Origin: Mobula hypostoma
Lineage: Eukaryota
Assembly (NCBI RefSeq): GCF_963921235.1
Contig: NC_086097.1
Span: forward strand, 68,450,001 to 68,514,000
Direction of reading: 5' to 3'
Length of the DNA: 64,000 nt
A program made the position numbers and the translations under genes. The notes beneath the pieces were generated by a model. It was not told the DNA's origin. It saw nothing but the letters and a program-made list of their open reading frames with translations, and ran no database searches. This document shows, piece by piece, positions 62,709 through 64,000 of this stretch (the first letter of the stretch is position 1; each line of letters begins with the position of its first letter).

Positions 62709-64000
62709 CTACATTAACCTCACTTTTTTTGTTCTCCACACATTTGCATTAACGCCTCCCAGATTCTTCCAATCACTTACACACTCGGGGCAATTTACAG
62801 TGGCCAATTAACCTAGCATTCTGCACACCCTTTTGCTATAAGAACTCTATGTGACTACACGCAAAACATGCAAACTTCATACAGACAGAACCAGAGGTCA
62901 GAATTGAATTTTGAGTCTCTGATGCTATGAGGCAGTGCTCAACTTGCTGTGTCGCAATGCCATTGTTATACTTACATAAGGGCCATATACTTACAAGGAT
63001 ATATTTACAAGAAACAGTTAATACCTATGGAAGTTAACACATTCAGCTGACAAGCTTTTACCGACTCTAAGTGATATTGCAAGTACTTGAAACATATTGG
63101 TTGGCAGAGAATCATGGTTCTTATTACATCTTCCAAGAGATTTATAGATATTAAGGAGAGTAATGCATGAACTTCTAAGAGGGCAACACTGGAAACGTCC
63201 TCCAAACCTAGTATGAGCCTACATGTAAAAACTTTAGATCCCAAAGCAGAATAATAAGAAAGCATGTAACATACGGTCCTAATATTCCTTTATCCATTTT
63301 GCAATAGGCATTCATTCAAAAGTTTTTAAAAAATTTCTGCAATAGTTTTCCATTACAGCAAGCTAGTGAAATTTTTGTTTTACAATGTTATTATTCCCAT
63401 AACATAAAAATCATAGCTTTCACTTTCAAAATTCTTTGGATGCCCTTTAAATTGTATCTCCCAATCCTTGAATGCTAAAGTTGATTATTTTTGATTCCTT
63501 TGTGCTATTAATTATCACCCTCCTAGTTAGGAATGAGAAAGAATAGCAAATGAAAAGCATAATTTTCATTGATTCTAGTAGTATTTAAACATTTTTTCAA
63601 AACAACTGCCATGTAATATTTAATAAATATAATGAAAAAATTGATCCACATTGTAAAATCATAGCTCTCATCTCAATATTTATGATAGATTTTGTTCACT
63701 TGCTGCATTGAATTCCATTATTCTATGTAGATAGTCTAAAAAGAAGATGTTAATCTGGAATAGAAGTTCTAGATCCTCTTTAGAAATAAGTATAATAATA
63801 TTAGTCAAATGCAGCTAGAACATTTCTGTTTCTTCCTCAAGCAGATCATAGATACGATTTAATTTAGACCCTATGTTTACTTCAATCTTTATGTACAATG
63901 TACCAGATGGTTTCAGAAGCCCAGTTATCTTTCTTTATTGATTAGGCTTTTATGCCCAGTTAAGCCTTAGTTCAAGATCCTCATTGTAGTTACACTGTTT

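Larger units (their letters stand above)
61728..62960 (-). mobile_element. V-SINE split by a Penelope insertion
   Basis: Head ~62880-62960; ggttaattggccactgtaaattgccc at ~62790-62812; CR1-type tail at ~61728-61800. Confidence 0.75.

Overview
This is a eukaryotic (vertebrate) window that is almost entirely non-coding and dominated by transposable elements. The repeat repertoire points to a cartilaginous fish, probably a ray (inference): HE1/V-type SINEs with CR1-type tails, many CR1 and Rex1/Babar LINE fragments, and an abundant short Penelope terminal repeat. No host protein-coding gene, tRNA/rRNA gene or CRISPR array can be supported, and nearly every ORF in the track is a TE fragment or an antisense/low-complexity artefact. 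Contents are CR1, Rex1/Babar, L2, RTE and L1 fragments; two decayed copies of one Gypsy/Ty3 LTR family in opposite orientation; three Tc1-type elements; PIF/Harbinger and hAT derivatives; SINEs; and at least ten Penelope-like (PLE, GIY-YIG) insertions, with nesting up to four levels. The most interesting signal is RNA-structural. The PLE terminal repeats carry minimal type I hammerhead ribozyme motifs from two unrelated families, with intact cores at 35918-35955(-), 61932-61969(-) and 23279-23316(+). PLE 5' ends and inversion junctions repeatedly fall at that motif. A non-coding RTE-type element at about 47968 begins with an HDV-like double-pseudoknot pairing pattern. Boundaries of old, decayed repeats are approximate; those backed by TSDs or TIRs were read from the sequence.
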